Source of the DNA: Adineta vaga
Taxonomy: Eukaryota; Animalia; Rotifera
NCBI GenBank assembly: GCA_021613535.1
Contig: CP075493.1
Span: forward strand, 13,888,001 to 13,952,000
Direction of reading: 5' to 3'
Length of the DNA stretch: 64,000 nucleotides
Shown piece after piece: positions 1-13,159 of this stretch (positions are counted from its first letter, which is position 1; each line of letters starts with the position of its first letter). The position numbers were made by a program, and so were the translations under genes. A model generated the notes under the pieces. It saw only the letters and a list, made by a program, of their open reading frames with translations, was not told the DNA's origin and did not search any database.

Positions 1-511
1 CACTATCATTCTTAGCCTTCATCATTCTTTGATTATTTGTTTATTTCAATTTACTTCTTACAATCCGCCAGTACCATGCATCACTTTCGTTTTTCAACAC
101 AATAGTACCGTAAAGATAAAGTACCTGAAAAAGAATCAACATGAATGCGAAGATTATGATGATAAAAAAGGAACAACTCAGAATGACTAAAGAGAAAAAA
201 GAAGACAAATATAAGGTGTGTCATACATCTATTTTATTCGTCAATGTTTATTGTAAAGAAAATAAGTCTATTATGAAATATGTGTGACTGTTTCATTTCA
301 TGGTCTCTTTTGGTTCATGTATAAGTCGATGAAAAATAGAACAACTTTTTCCAAGAGAGAACAGGTATACATGAGATTTTGTAAAAAGTAAGTTTATTAT
401 TTCGTCAGAAACTTAGTTATTATCACCTACATCCTCAACACTTTATCCTTTGTTTAGATACAACTATACTTCTAGATTTTATTCTTTAGAATTGTTGAAA
501 ACAAAGTAACA

Positions 512-1528
512 ATGAATATACTCAAGTATATAGTATTTATCTATGTTATAACTCAAACTGTGAAATCTGATCCAATAAATCGTCATATTAAGATCGATGG
601 AAATTTCGATGATTGGGCAAATGTTCCATCTTATAGTGATCCTGAAGATAATATCGAAGGCACAGTTTATGATGTTAGTCCGTGGTTTCCTTCACTCAAA
701 TTTCCTGATTGTCACGACACGAATACCTACGGAATATCTAGTATACCAAAACACATGTACAATCCAAACGTGAATATCGTTGAATTCAAAGTAGCTCATG
801 ATAATACATCATTGTATGTATATTATCGTGTAGTTGATGGTGGAGTCATTGGCAAGACTTCAGTTGGACCTAATGAATTTAATCAGAATAATCCATCAGA
901 ACCATCAGCTGGAAGATTTTATGTAATTGCAGCAGTAAATATTGATCACAATGATACCACTGGTTATTGGTTGCATGGTGGTTCTTATCATCCGACTGCT
1001 CCTGGATTCGATGGAAACTTTGAAATTGAGTTTTTTAATGGTTCATTCAATCAGAACTATTATCTTGATCATGCCGCTAACAATGATACCGAAGCAAATT
1101 ACTTAAAACAAGCAAATAAAGAGAATCAATTTGTATTTCTTCCATCTATTTATCCATATTATACTCAATATATTTACTGGAATCGTGAACCAACTTTGAA
1201 CGAAACCAAACGATGTTTAGACGGACCACATAGGTTACCACGGCCATATAGTAGTAACTACATCTGTTTTAGCAGAGATATGGCACCTGGACCGTTTAAT
1301 GGTGCTATTACTTATGCTCGAAGCGAAAAGGGTAATGAATTCGAAATGCGAGCACCATTTCAAGGATTTTTATTAAACTCGCACACAGGTCGGGCTACTT
1401 TGGAATTAGGAATGACAATAAATATATCGTTATCATTGGAAACAAGTGAAGAGTATTCGACACCACGAGATTGGTCGTCGGATACAACAGCAACAATTCA
1501 GTATACATTATCTCATAGTGCTATATAA
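512..1528 (+). CDS. Secreted protein of unknown function, bacterial-like (IKIDGNFDDW start typical of DOMON/CBM9-like sugar-binding folds); copy 1 of a tandem pair
   Basis: Intronless 338-aa ORF with an N-terminal signal peptide (MNILKYIVFIYVITQTVKS); highly similar to 2081-3096. Confidence 0.7.
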   Translation: MNILKYIVFIYVITQTVKSDPINRHIKIDGNFDDWANVPSYSDPEDNIEGTVYDVSPWFPSLKFPDCHDTNTYGISSIPKHMYNPNVNIVEFKVAHDNTSLYVYYRVVDGGVIGKTSVGPNEFNQNNPSEPSAGRFYVIAAVNIDHNDTTGYWLHGGSYHPTAPGFDGNFEIEFFNGSFNQNYYLDHAANNDTEANYLKQANKENQFVFLPSIYPYYTQYIYWNREPTLNETKRCLDGPHRLPRPYSSNYICFSRDMAPGPFNGAITYARSEKGNEFEMRAPFQGFLLNSHTGRATLELGMTINISLSLETSEEYSTPRDWSSDTTATIQYTLSHSAI

Positions 1529-2080
1529 GTATGCAGTCATAGCCGATTCTAGTTCTCGTTTAATAATTTATCTGTGATTTTATTGCGAATAATAAATGAA
1601 ACGAAAAACATACAGAATTCTTAGTTCTTAGTAATGAGAACATTTTTTCCAACAGAATAATACTGTAAAGATAAAGCCTATGAAGAAAAGTCAATATCAA
1701 TGCAAAGAATATGATGATGAAGAAAAAGAATAGGTTAGAATGAGTAGTCAAAAAAATAAAGAAACAGAAACACAAAGTATGCTTTATTTTAATTTTAGTT
1801 GCGAGTGTTTATCGTAAAGACAACTTTACCAGAGAGAAGATTGTAAGTTTTGAAATTTATTCTGATTTGTGTGGAGAATCGATGGATATATCGAATTCAG
1901 AAAAGTGAGTGCATTATTTGTATATACTCATTGGGAATATTTATTAAAATATCCTCAATCTTCTCCAATTTGTAATATGGAGTATCATGTGTCTATAATA
2001 TTATAGAACTTATAGTAAAAAATGATATCTCAGTTGTTTTCCTAGTTTTTTTTCTTCAAACTGTTCTAGAAAAAGAAATT

Positions 2081-3096
2081 ATGAGCTATTTCAAGTATAT
2101 AGTACTTATCTATGTTATAATTCAAACGATAAAATCTGATCCAATAAATCGTCATATTAAGATCGATGGAAATTTCGATGATTGGGCAAATGTTCCATCT
2201 TATAGTGACCCCGAAGATAACATCGATGGTACAATTTATGACGTTAGTCCTTGGTTTCCTTCATTTAAATTCCCTGATTGTCATGACGGCGATTCTTTGA
2301 ATACATCTACCGTACCAAAACACATTTATAATCCAAACGTGAATGTCGTTGAATTCAAAGTAGCTCATGATAATACATCATTGTACATATACTGTCGTGT
2401 AGTTGACGATGGAGTCATTGGCAAGACTTCAGTTGGATCTAGTGAATTTAATCAGCATAGTCCATCAGAATCATCAGCTGGAAGATATTATATAATGACA
2501 GCAGTAAATATTGATCATAATGCTACGACAGGTTGTTGGTTGCATGGAGGCGGTTATCATCCGACTGCACCAGGTTTCGATGGAAATATTGAACTTGAGT
2601 TTTACAATGGTTCATTCAATCAAAATTATTTTGTTGATCATGCAGCTAATAATGATAATGAAACAAATTATTCAAAAGAACAAAATAAAGAAAATTACTT
2701 CGTATTTCGTCCTGCAACTCATGATTATTTTACACAATATATTTACTGGAATCGTGAACCAACTTTAAATGAAACTCAACGATGTTTAGAGGGACCATAT
2801 CAATTACCTGGTTTATCTAAAACAAATTATATTTGTTTTACTAAAGATAAGGTAGTGGGACCATTTAATGGTGCTATTACTTATGCTCGAAGTGAAAAGG
2901 GTAATGAATTGGAATTGCGAGCACCATTTCAAGGTCTTTTATTGAATTCACACACAAGTCAACCAACTTTGAATTAGGAATGACCGTGAATATATCACTA
3001 TCACTGGAAACAAGTGAAGAATATTCAATACCACAGGATTGGTCATCGGATACAACAGCAACAATTCAATATACATTATCCAGTGATAGTACATAG
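2081..3096 (+). pseudogene. Tandem paralog of 512-1528 with a 1-bp deletion near the 3' end
   Basis: Copy 1 reads act ttg gaa tta gga; copy 2 reads act ttg aat tag (one G missing at ~2971). The homologous tail ELGMTVNISLSLETSEEYSIPQDWSSDTTATIQYTLSSDST* continues in the shifted frame to TAG 3094-3096. Confidence 0.8.
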
Positions 3097-4905
3097 TCGC
3101 GGAATTAATTGTTCCTTTTTCCATTTTACTACGAATAAAAAACAAACGTTTACACGCTTCAATTTATTTTACTTCTTTTTTTGTAGATTTATCGAATTAT
3201 TATTAACATGACGAAATTGAAATACTTTGTTTATATGACTTTGTGTACTCCAGTGACATATTTGATAGGTGGGCCATGTCGCAAAGTCAAAGTTGAATAT
3301 CCGACTTATTTCGCTGAATTAAATCTAGCGTTGAAAGAACAACATAGTGGGATCAGTGCAGAAATCATTGATTTGGACAGATTAGATTCGAATATTGAAA
3401 TATCTCATCTTTAAAATTCAAACGAACAAATTGATGTTTTTTTCTGAGTCATCCATCGCGTAAATATTAGACAATATGAATCCTAATTCACTTAATATCT
3501 TGAGGGTAGGCTGGGTGGTCGCCGTCCACTCGGGATTACTTATCGCCCACCCGGAAATATGAGATTAATCTATGTACGTAAAACTGCATTTTTTTCACTC
3601 TCTGATCAATCAATGATATATGCATTATCTTTTCCTAATTAGAGGAAAATTGAGCTGACAAATATAAATATTGTACAAATGAATTCGACGATATTTTGAA
3701 TACTTTATAATCTATGATGGAACATAATGATTGATCCAGAGGACAAAAACAAAAAAACTAATATTAAATTTAGGCTAACTATTATATTATATCACAAACT
3801 TACATAAGAAATATCGTTCTATTCCACTTAGTATGATCTATCTCTGGACGAGTGGTGTCTTGGAAAAACCTTTGTACTCGCATTTAAAAAGAAAAACAAA
3901 TACTGAGCAATAGGACATCAATATACACCTCCCCATATTGGAAGATCCAGACGACTTCTAATATGAGAAGCGTAAAAGATTTTGGAAAGGGTTTCTGATA
4001 TGTCCCATTATATTCTTTTTAAACTTCGAATAGCGGAGTTCATCGAGTTTTGTACAAGTTTTTGAGAGGTTATCGGCTATTTTTTGCGATTTTACTACTT
4101 TTTCTGCTTTCAAATTTTCTATTGTCTCAAACTTCACTGTAAAAAACTAATATAAGTCCAGAAGAATCGCTCAAAAGATTTTTAAAATATAAGAAATTTC
4201 TAATACGCAGAGTGGCTTTTGATATGGGATGAACTTCTATTATAAAGGAGTTTAGAACAAATTTCTTTTATCTAATAATCCTTCCCAAAATTATAGTTGC
4301 CCATCGGGACACCTCAGTCGTCCACCCCGCATATGAAACCTAGATAAAACACCGGAATAGCGAACACCTTCAGCTACATCCCCACATCCTCAATCTTATT
4401 CATCGTAATATGTACGAAATTAAATAATTTGATTGTTCTTTTAATCCAACATTCAGGAAGATATGACTTGATTGATGGATATATGTTTTTTATACAGAGG
4501 TTTTCGATTAACTGTTCCTGATGACAAAGATGTAGTTTTTGTGCAAAAAGATTATCATTTTGAGAACCAATTCTTGATTTCTGTGTGACATTCTTAACTT
4601 AGGTGAACTTTCATGTCATCTGCATCGTACATCTAATATCTTACCTTCTCTAAGAATTCGACGGTGATAGAATTTGATCTTTTTTGCAACCTACACGATA
4701 TCTATGATTATATATAGAATAAGGTAATTGTTTGCATTCAAATTTACGAGTCACGATAAATATGTTAACGCCATCTTTTTGTACAAAATCGATATTTTCG
4801 TCATTGGTGTCTTATCTTTTACGTTCCCTATATCAATCAATAGTGATCGTACAACTATGACAAAGCAAGTAAACAACAAAAACACAGCGTATCTTTACAA
4901 AAACA

Positions 4906-7900
4906 ATGTCAACATTCATCACATTACCAGTAGAATTCGTATATCGGATTCTTGATCATCTGCAAGATTTGCATCTGTTCTGCTCGATGCAAAATGTATC
5001 CCATCGATTCAATCAAATTCTGAATACATATTATCGATATCAGGTAGATCTAGTTTTGAATCGTAATTTGATAAATAATGCAGTTCTAACAGTTACTACT
5101 AAGAATTGAGCCATCACTGACCCCCACATACTTTTGTATCATATGCGGTTCCACCTCTGTTTAATGACTGCGTCGCCATTGCGTGCATTGATCATTTTGG
5201 CGAAGCAGCTGCGCTTGGTTACTGCTAAGAATTGAGGCCGTCACTGACCCCCCACCTACTTTGTATCTTATGCGGTTAATTAGAGATATTTTTATTGTAT
5301 ATTTGGTTTGTTTTCATATGTTTAATGAATATGAGGGAATAAATTATAGGTGTTCCTAATTTGGGCAGTTTCATAATCAATTATTAGAGTAATAATGACT
5401 AGAATAGTGTCGAAATACGAATGCGCAACAATAAGATCATTGCTATTGTAAGAGTTTCTTTTCAAGAAGCAATCTTGTCGCCAACCTCTCTGTTTCCCAG
5501 TGTACTTTGATCGATTAATGAGCTTCCCATGAATTTCGCAAACTAACAAATACGTATGTCAGATTCGTCTCTTTATTTTGACGACTTTCCTACTATAAAT
5601 ATTACTTCGTCATTTATACGAAATAAACTCGTAACTCAGATACAGTGCTATATATATATATTACACCAATAAAAACAAATTATTCTTGAGTCAGGTCTAT
5701 CGATGATTGGTAAATATAAAGTCAAAATAATCGTTTTAACGAAGCACCTGACAATATGAAATTGATTAAAGATGAGAGTAAGGACTGCTTGTCTAAAATA
5801 CAAAATTTACAAACGATTTGCTCTAAACTATATTTTCAGAATTGCGTTTTTCTATTATTTAAAATGAAAAAAAAAAAGAAATTAGAGTTATACAGTCTTG
5901 AACTAGTATTGTCATCAGCTTACTCAACATAATTGGAGAAATTCAAAGGAAAGTTCGTTAATGAGATTACAAAGACTCGTTTCTTGATATTGCAAATGAA
6001 AAATGAAATGATCAAGTATTGGAAAAAAAGAGCTATCACGTTATTCATCATGATAAATAGAACATTCTTTCAACACAATTACTGCAGAGAATAACTTGAA
6101 ACGTTTATCACCAGCATCGTATCGTTTCTTACTTAAAAAATATACTTCCGAATACAACATTCATATGAAAGTTGAATTCTGTTTGACTAGCAAAAAGTGT
6201 GTAAACAGCACATTTCTCAATGTAAATCATCACGATGCACTTTGAATGCTAGCGTGCACTAACATATTTTCTTAGACTGATTTCACTATTGGTACGCGGC
6301 TAAAGAATGAAAATAAAAGATGTTACAAAATTCAACACTAGACATAACTCATATCAAAGATGATACTAACGTTTTTTCATATACCAATACAGACATTGAC
6401 CATTCTGGATACTAAAAACAAAATAATTAAAGTACAAGAAGCAAAACAGTTGGCTAATGCACTTCGAGTCAACACAGTAATTAACATTCAATCTTCCACT
6501 TTCTTAACCTTTGTTAACATTATCTGTTTTAGACGCTCACCACACTAAATATCGATATGAACCATATTCGATGCGAAGGAGCACAATATTTAGCCGATGC
6601 TTTGAAAGTGAACATGGTAACTTTCATTTAGTCTACAAATTTCTTACCCATATGCATAACCCTCCTTCTTTTAGACACTCATCAGAATGAATTTCGCCAA
6701 CAATCAAATCGGAGACCAAGGAGCACAATACTTAGCTGATGCATTAAAAGAGAACAAGGTCATCTAGTTCCAATCTTCAACTTTCTTGTCCAAAGCATAG
6801 GGTTCTCTTTTAGACACTTATTACAATAAATCTTTATTACAATCAAATCAAGAGCGAAGGAGCACAGCACTTGGCTGACGCATTAAAAGTGAACACAGTA
6901 ATCTTCCTCTAGTCTTCAAATTTCTTAATCATTCGCAATACTTTCTTCTTTAGACACTTACCACTTTAGATCTTGCGTACAATATAATTGGAGGCCAAGG
7001 AGCACAGTACTTGGCTGATGCATTACGAGTGAACGCAGTAATTACCAATCAGTCTTTAATTTTCTTACCAATTTCTCACCTCTCTCCTGTCAAGACACTC
7101 ACCACACTGAATCTCAGATGGACCAAAATTGGAGACGAAGGAGCACAACACTTAGCCGATGCATTAAGAATGAACACAGTAATCTACATCCAGTCTTCAA
7201 TTTTTAATCGTCTATCGCGCTCTCTTGTTTAGGCGCTCATCATAATAGATCTATATTACAATCAAATCGGAGGCGAAGGAGCACAGTATTTGGCTGACGC
7301 ATTAAAAGTGAACACGGTAGTTTTCATTCAGTCATCACCTGTCTTAATCATTCATAGTACTCTCTTGTTTAGACACTCACCACACTAAATTTAGCCAACA
7401 ATCAAATAGGAGACCAAGGTGCACAGTATTTGGCTGATGCATTAATAATGAACACAGTAATATTCATACCGCTTTTAACTTTCGTACACATTCATTGCAG
7501 CCTCTCCTTCAGACACTCATCACAATAAATCTCTATTACAATCAAATCAGAGGCGATGGGGGGCAGTACTTAGCCGATGCATTAAAAGTGAACACGGTAA
7601 TCTTCATCTAGTCTTCAACTTTCTTAATCATTCATAGCACTTTCTTGTTTAGGCACTCGTCACACTAAATCTCGATGTGAATAAAATCGGAGACCAAGGA
7701 GCACAGTGCTTAGCTAATGCTCTACAAGTAAACACAGTAATCTTCATTCAGTCTTTAACTCTCTTACTCATTCAAGGCACTTTCTTGTTCAGACACTGTC
7801 TACACTAGAACTTCGGTGGACGAAAATTGGAGACCAAGGAGCACAGTACTTGGTTGATGCATTAAAAAAGAACAAGGTAATATTCATTCATAGTAACAAA

Positions 7901-8099
7901 GTCTATTACCATTTCATATTACTCTCTTATTTAGACACTCATCGCATTAGACCTCAGGTGGACTAAAATCGGAGACCAGGGTGCACAGTATTTGACTGAT
8001 ATTTCACGAATCAACACAGTAATTTCCATGCTTTTGTGATTGCTACCAAGTATTTATATGTCGTTCGTGTTCATTTAGAATTGTCATATTGAATATTAA
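4906..8099 (+). CDS. F-box-like domain + 12 ribonuclease-inhibitor/NLRC3-type 28-aa LRRs, 14 exons, ~388 aa
   Basis: Exon 1 4906-5043 (ITLPVEFVYRILDHL F-box-like). 84-nt exons start at 6393, 6533, 6675, 6814, 6954, 7095, 7233, 7373, 7513, 7653, 7793, 7935, all AG/GT flanked and stop-free (consensus TLTTLNLxxNQIGDQGAQYLADALKVNT). Last exon 8079-8099 NCHIEY*. Confidence 0.9.
5092..5277. repeat. Imperfect ~59-bp direct repeat inside the long first intron of the F-box-LRR gene
   Basis: 5092-5150 gttactactaagaattgagccatcactgacccccacatacttttgtatcatatgcggtt vs 5218-5277 gttactgctaagaattgaggccgtcactgaccccccacctactttgtatcttatgcggtt. Confidence 0.85.
6393..8078 (+). repeat. Tandem array of 12 exon+intron units (~140 bp period)
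   Basis: 84-nt exons plus 54-60-nt introns that are similar to each other (gtaatcttcat.cagtctt.aa...ttctt...tctcttgtttag). Confidence 0.9.
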
Positions 8100-8859
8100 T
8101 TACTAGCAAACGAAATATCTTTATGATCAATGAGCATATATCATGAACTTCTTTTTTAGAGACTTTTCTGAAGGATTAATGAAATAAAATCTCATTTTTG
8201 GATGAAAATCAGTTGAGCGATGTCGAATACTTCAAAATCTTTCCAGTTTTGATCGTATAAGATGTGGTGATAATGAAAACGTATTGCCCTACATCTGAAC
8301 CAACTGTTGACTATAAGATATAGAGCATTTAAAAAAATGATGTGAAAATGTTTTCAATGAAAAATAATATTTTTATAGATTGTTGACGATAACGATTCAG
8401 CAGTGAGTTGATATGATCTGAGTTTTATTGAAATTCATTGAATTAATTAGAATCAACTGAATAATAATAGAAATTAGAACTCATAAATTTCGTTTGACGA
8501 TATTGAGATAAATAGGATTGAGAGTGTAGGTGAGGATAAGAATATAGATATGGATTTAAATGAATAAGGGATACCCATGCGTATTATCATTCTCACACTC
8601 TCACTCACACACACCTCTTTATCGATCCACTTAAGTTTACGACTCGTTTTATATGTACATCTTTCTCAATATAACAAAATGTGAATAAATTCGATTTAAT
8701 TGATTATAAACTTCTTCAATAATAGGTATTATGAATATCCATACATTTATCTAAACCTAGAAAACATAGACACGAAAAGACTTTTCAAAGTAAAATAACA
8801 AACAAAGATTTGAATTCTGAATTTATTTAAGATATTAATACGAAAATTTTGTCGATAAA

Positions 8860-11800
8860 TTAATCGCATATATTTAAAAGAACAGACAAGTCACCATCAT
8901 CAAAATTCGTCACAACTAAATCCAATTTATTATCATTGTTTAAATCAGCAGATTTTAACGATGATGGATCAGCACCAGTTGAATATATACTTTGCGATGA
9001 AAAAATGCCATTATCATCGCCTAGTAACAAACTAAGAGTTTTATCATCGAAATTAATTACGGCTAGATCGAGATTTTTGTCGTTATTAAAATCTGCTGCT
9101 ATCATAGAGTCTGGAGATCGGCCAAGAACATAGTTTCGTGATAGTTGAAAAGTTCCGTTTCCATATCCATGTAATATACTCACCATATTATCCCATTGAT
9201 TAGCGACAGCCAAGTCCATTTTTCCATCACTATTAAAATCAATTGATATGATAGAAGCTAAAAATCGACCAAAGACATAATCTTTTGAAGCCTGAAAGGT
9301 ACCATTTCCATTCCCAAGTAACACACTGATGGTAAACAGGAAATGGTTAGTGACGACTAGATCTAGTTTGTTATCATTATTGAAGTCAGCGGATGCAATT
9401 GACCATGGACCGGAACCAACGGCATAGTTCGTTGTGGTTTCAAACGTTCCATTCCCATTGTTTAACAGTACGCTAATACTCTTTCCATTGTAATTCGTTA
9501 CTGCCAGGTCTGGTTGATTATCATCATTAAAATCAGCCGATATAATAGAACGTGGCTGCTCGCCAACACTATAGTATAGAGGAGTCTGAAAAGTTCCATT
9601 TCCATTGCCAAATAATGTACTAACTGAATTATTACGTTGATTGGTCGTCACAAGATCTAATTTAGTATCATTATTGAGATCTATTGAAATGATAGCAGCG
9701 GGAAAGTTACCAACCGTATAACTAGTTCGAGTTTGAAAAGTACCATCTCCATTGCCAAAAAGTACATTGGCGGTGTCATCGCGATAGTTAACTACGACTA
9801 AATCCGATTGTTTATCATTATTAAAATCAGAAGATGCTACAGACGCTGGATATCGACCAACAGTATAGTTTCTTCGACTAGAGAAGGTTCCATTTCCATC
9901 ACCAAGCAACACAGTAACCATCTTGTCAGTATACAGAACGACTGCTAGATCCATTCTCTGATCATTGTTGAAATCAGTCGATATTACACGTATGGAAATT
10001 TGCCAACAGTATAATTCTTTCGACTTTGAAAGGTTCCGTTTCCGTTACCAATTAATATACTAAGAGTGGCATCAGCATAGCTTATCACTGCAAGGTCCAG
10101 GTATTTGTCATTATCGACATCGACTGATATTATAGAATATGGCATTTGACCAACGATATAGTCTGTTGGAACTCGGAAAGTTCCGTCTCCATTTCCAAGT
10201 AGTATACTGACTGTGTTGCTCTTTTGATTAGACACTGCTAGGTCCATTTTATTATCGTTATCAAAGTCAGCTGATATTAGAGAGTATGGACCTGAAGAAA
10301 CCGCACAGTTCACTCCATTATAAAAAGTTCCGTCTCCATTACCCAGTAACAAACTAATACTGTTATTATCGAAGTTAGCTATTGCCAGGTCAAATCTATC
10401 GTCTTTGTTGAAATCAGCTGAGACAATCGAACTTGGTGATTGACCAACAGTATAATTTTTTGGATCTTGAAAGTCTCCATTCATATTAGCTAGCAGTATA
10501 CTGACAGTATTGTCGTCGGAATTGACCACTGCTAAATCTAATTTGGTATCACCATTAAAATCCGCTGAAATAGTATACATCGGCCGTCGACCAACGCCAT
10601 AATTCCGTATGTTTTGAAAGCTTCCATTTCCATTTCCAAGCATAATACTAATCATATTGCTATATTGATTAGTTACTACAAAATCCATTTTTTTATCGTT
10701 ATTGAAATCGTATGACATCACAGAAAGTGGACCACGTCCAACCGTGTAGAGCCATGGATACTTGAAAGTTCCTTGCGCATCACCAAACAAAACTGTGACA
10801 GAATTAATTTCTCGATTGGTCACTGCAATATCTGTATCTCTAGAGTTTCTAAAGTGACCCAATGCTGCATAAGATGGATTAATTCCAACATTATATTTTT
10901 TGGATGCTTCAAAAGGTCTCAGGCAGACAGAGTCTGAAAGAAGACAATATTGAATTGTGAAAATTTTCAAATATTGTGTATAATTCTCAGAAACGTACTT
11001 GAAGATCGATTTCCCAAAATAGAGCCAAGAATAGTTGCTGTAATCAGTAGAACAGTCAATGAACATATTGGAATGCTAAATCTCTTCTTTCGATACCAAG
11101 AACGTCTTAGAAATAGAATAGATAATATGATATAACATACAACTGAAAATTGTATAGTTAAACTTACCCAATCTCAGGATAAAGATGTGCACCTAAACAA
11201 AAATAGAGTATTCGTTTAAACTAAATCATTGATAAAACTTTAGAAGAGACCTGCAAATGGAACTTCTAGAAGTACTTCTTGGGGTATTAGTTGTTTTAAA
11301 TGGATAATATGAAGATCAGGTGCTGGACTGAATTGTGATTGAACAATCATTTGAGTAGCAGGTAGAAGAAGAACTTCATCTTCATTCACAAAATGTGAAT
11401 GAGCTCGTATATCTCGACCGTTGATGGCTTCTACGGAGAATAATGTTCGTTTACCATCATCACCTAGATACATATTGTTTTTGAGAACGGGTAACGAAGT
11501 CGTACATGATGTAAAACTCCACCAGATAACAGATGTACCTGGTGGAAATTGATTACTTAAATCTTGAGTTACTCCTCGCCAAATAACACGTGAAGGAATG
11601 CAAGGTAATTTTGTTAGCGCAGTTAGTAACAACTTTAGATATTTGAAATAAGGTCGTAATTTTTCACGTGTTTCCTTTTTTAATGTTTGATTAAGTATTG
11701 AATAGAGACTCAGATGTTCACCTTCCCATTCAAGTGTATACAAACGTATAGCAGCACTCTCGTCAACTGTCAGTCCATCGGATGGTCGTTTTGGTGTTTC

Positions 11801-12181
11801 GTTTAATGCTAATTGAACATAAATTGATAAGTTGTTAATAAGAGTAACTAGCGGTGCACATGCTTCTGTCAGAGACAATAAAGGTTCTTCTGCGTAACCA
11901 ATTATAGGTCCAAGATTTGCTGCGATATCATTGATTGTATTCATTTGTCTTAGGATAAGATCATTAGAAATAATTTCCACACCTCGATTAGTGTGTGGTT
12001 TTAATTGATTCAATCTTTTGAAGTATTGCATTGTTTCAACTGTTTCCTGTCCCTCATCAATTCTTAAGATTGGCTGCTGAGCGTTCGAAAATTCGTCGTC
12101 AGATGTAGAAGCTTGTAGCTCGAAGTGATCATGATCAGATATCAATGCCACTGTTGATTTCCTATCATACTTTCTCATCAT
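8860..12181 (-). CDS. Type II membrane protein: N-terminal ADP-ribosyltransferase (R-S-ExE) + TM helix + 14 FG-GAP/VCBS repeats; one 1-bp frameshift at ~9988
   Basis: Exons 12181-11251, 11192-11168, 11105-10999, 10933-8860 joined by 58/62/65-nt GT-AG introns give ...EVPFAGAHLYPEIGRSWYRKKRFSIPICSLTVLLITATILGSILGNRSSNSVCLRPF... in frame. ART motifs IWRG, FTSCT, EDEVLL; repeated DFNxDxKxDLAV motifs. Confidence 0.85.
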
Positions 12182-13159
12182 TCTATGTTTTCTGAGTGAG
12201 TACAGAAACTGTAGGAAATTAGTATAATACAATGATATGTGATATAAAACTACAAAATCACTAAATAGACTTACTATGAATCATGATCGAAAAAGAAAAA
12301 CATTAAGTAAGTGAATGAAAAAAGACGAACGTGTAATAGAAAGAGATAAAACAAACGATTGGCAATATAGTGTGCTTTTCGTTCTATGAAAAAAATACTA
12401 TCGGTAATCAATGTATGAAGAGAGAAGAACGAATATACGTAATTTAATTATATTATACGGCTATAAAATATTTTTACTTGAGTCGAAGGGTATATATTAT
12501 TGATAATGATAGTTTTACCTGAGTGAGGATTATGAAACGCATACGAAGAGTACTTATCTGAAGCAATTCAAACGTATTCACAGTTTGTTATTCACAAAAG
12601 ATAGGTTGCTTTTGTATAAGTCCTTCTCTAATATTCACAATTTCTGGTTTCTGATTTAAAGGCCTAGACTATGGCGACGAACAGTGACAAACTATAAAAG
12701 ATATACAGAACAATGTGAATATGACAGAAAAAATGCAAGAATAATACACTTGTAGAGGAAAATGTTATAACTATTTTAGTAGCGTTAATCATTTGAAAGT
12801 CAGACAATGTTAATTGTAGCGAAAACGAACTTGTAGTCATACTTGTTCTGGAATCAAAACAAATATTAAATTTTATTTTTGTACACTCTATGTACATGCT
12901 CATCTTTATGTATGCTGAACTTGATGTGACGATTTCGTAGGAAGTGGAAATGATAGAAGAGTAATACCTTTAATAAGGTCAAATTCGGCGAAAAACTTCC
13001 AGTGATAAGTTCAATATGAATCCTTTTATTGATTTGAAGTCATGACAATCTAAGGTAAACGTATATTTTATTTAGAAATGGACTACTATGAATGTGTTAA
13101 GCAATCAGAAGGGGAAAATTCAATTGTAAAAACTGTTTTTGACAGGGAGAAAGCAAAAG

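Noticed and set aside
3208-3414. 68-aa ORF or possible transposon end
   Set aside because: No recognisable motif and no matching inverted terminus found
6393-8078. CRISPR-like regular repeat array
   Set aside because: Units are spliceosomal exon+intron pairs encoding LRRs; the 'spacers' are homologous to each other and there are no cas genes
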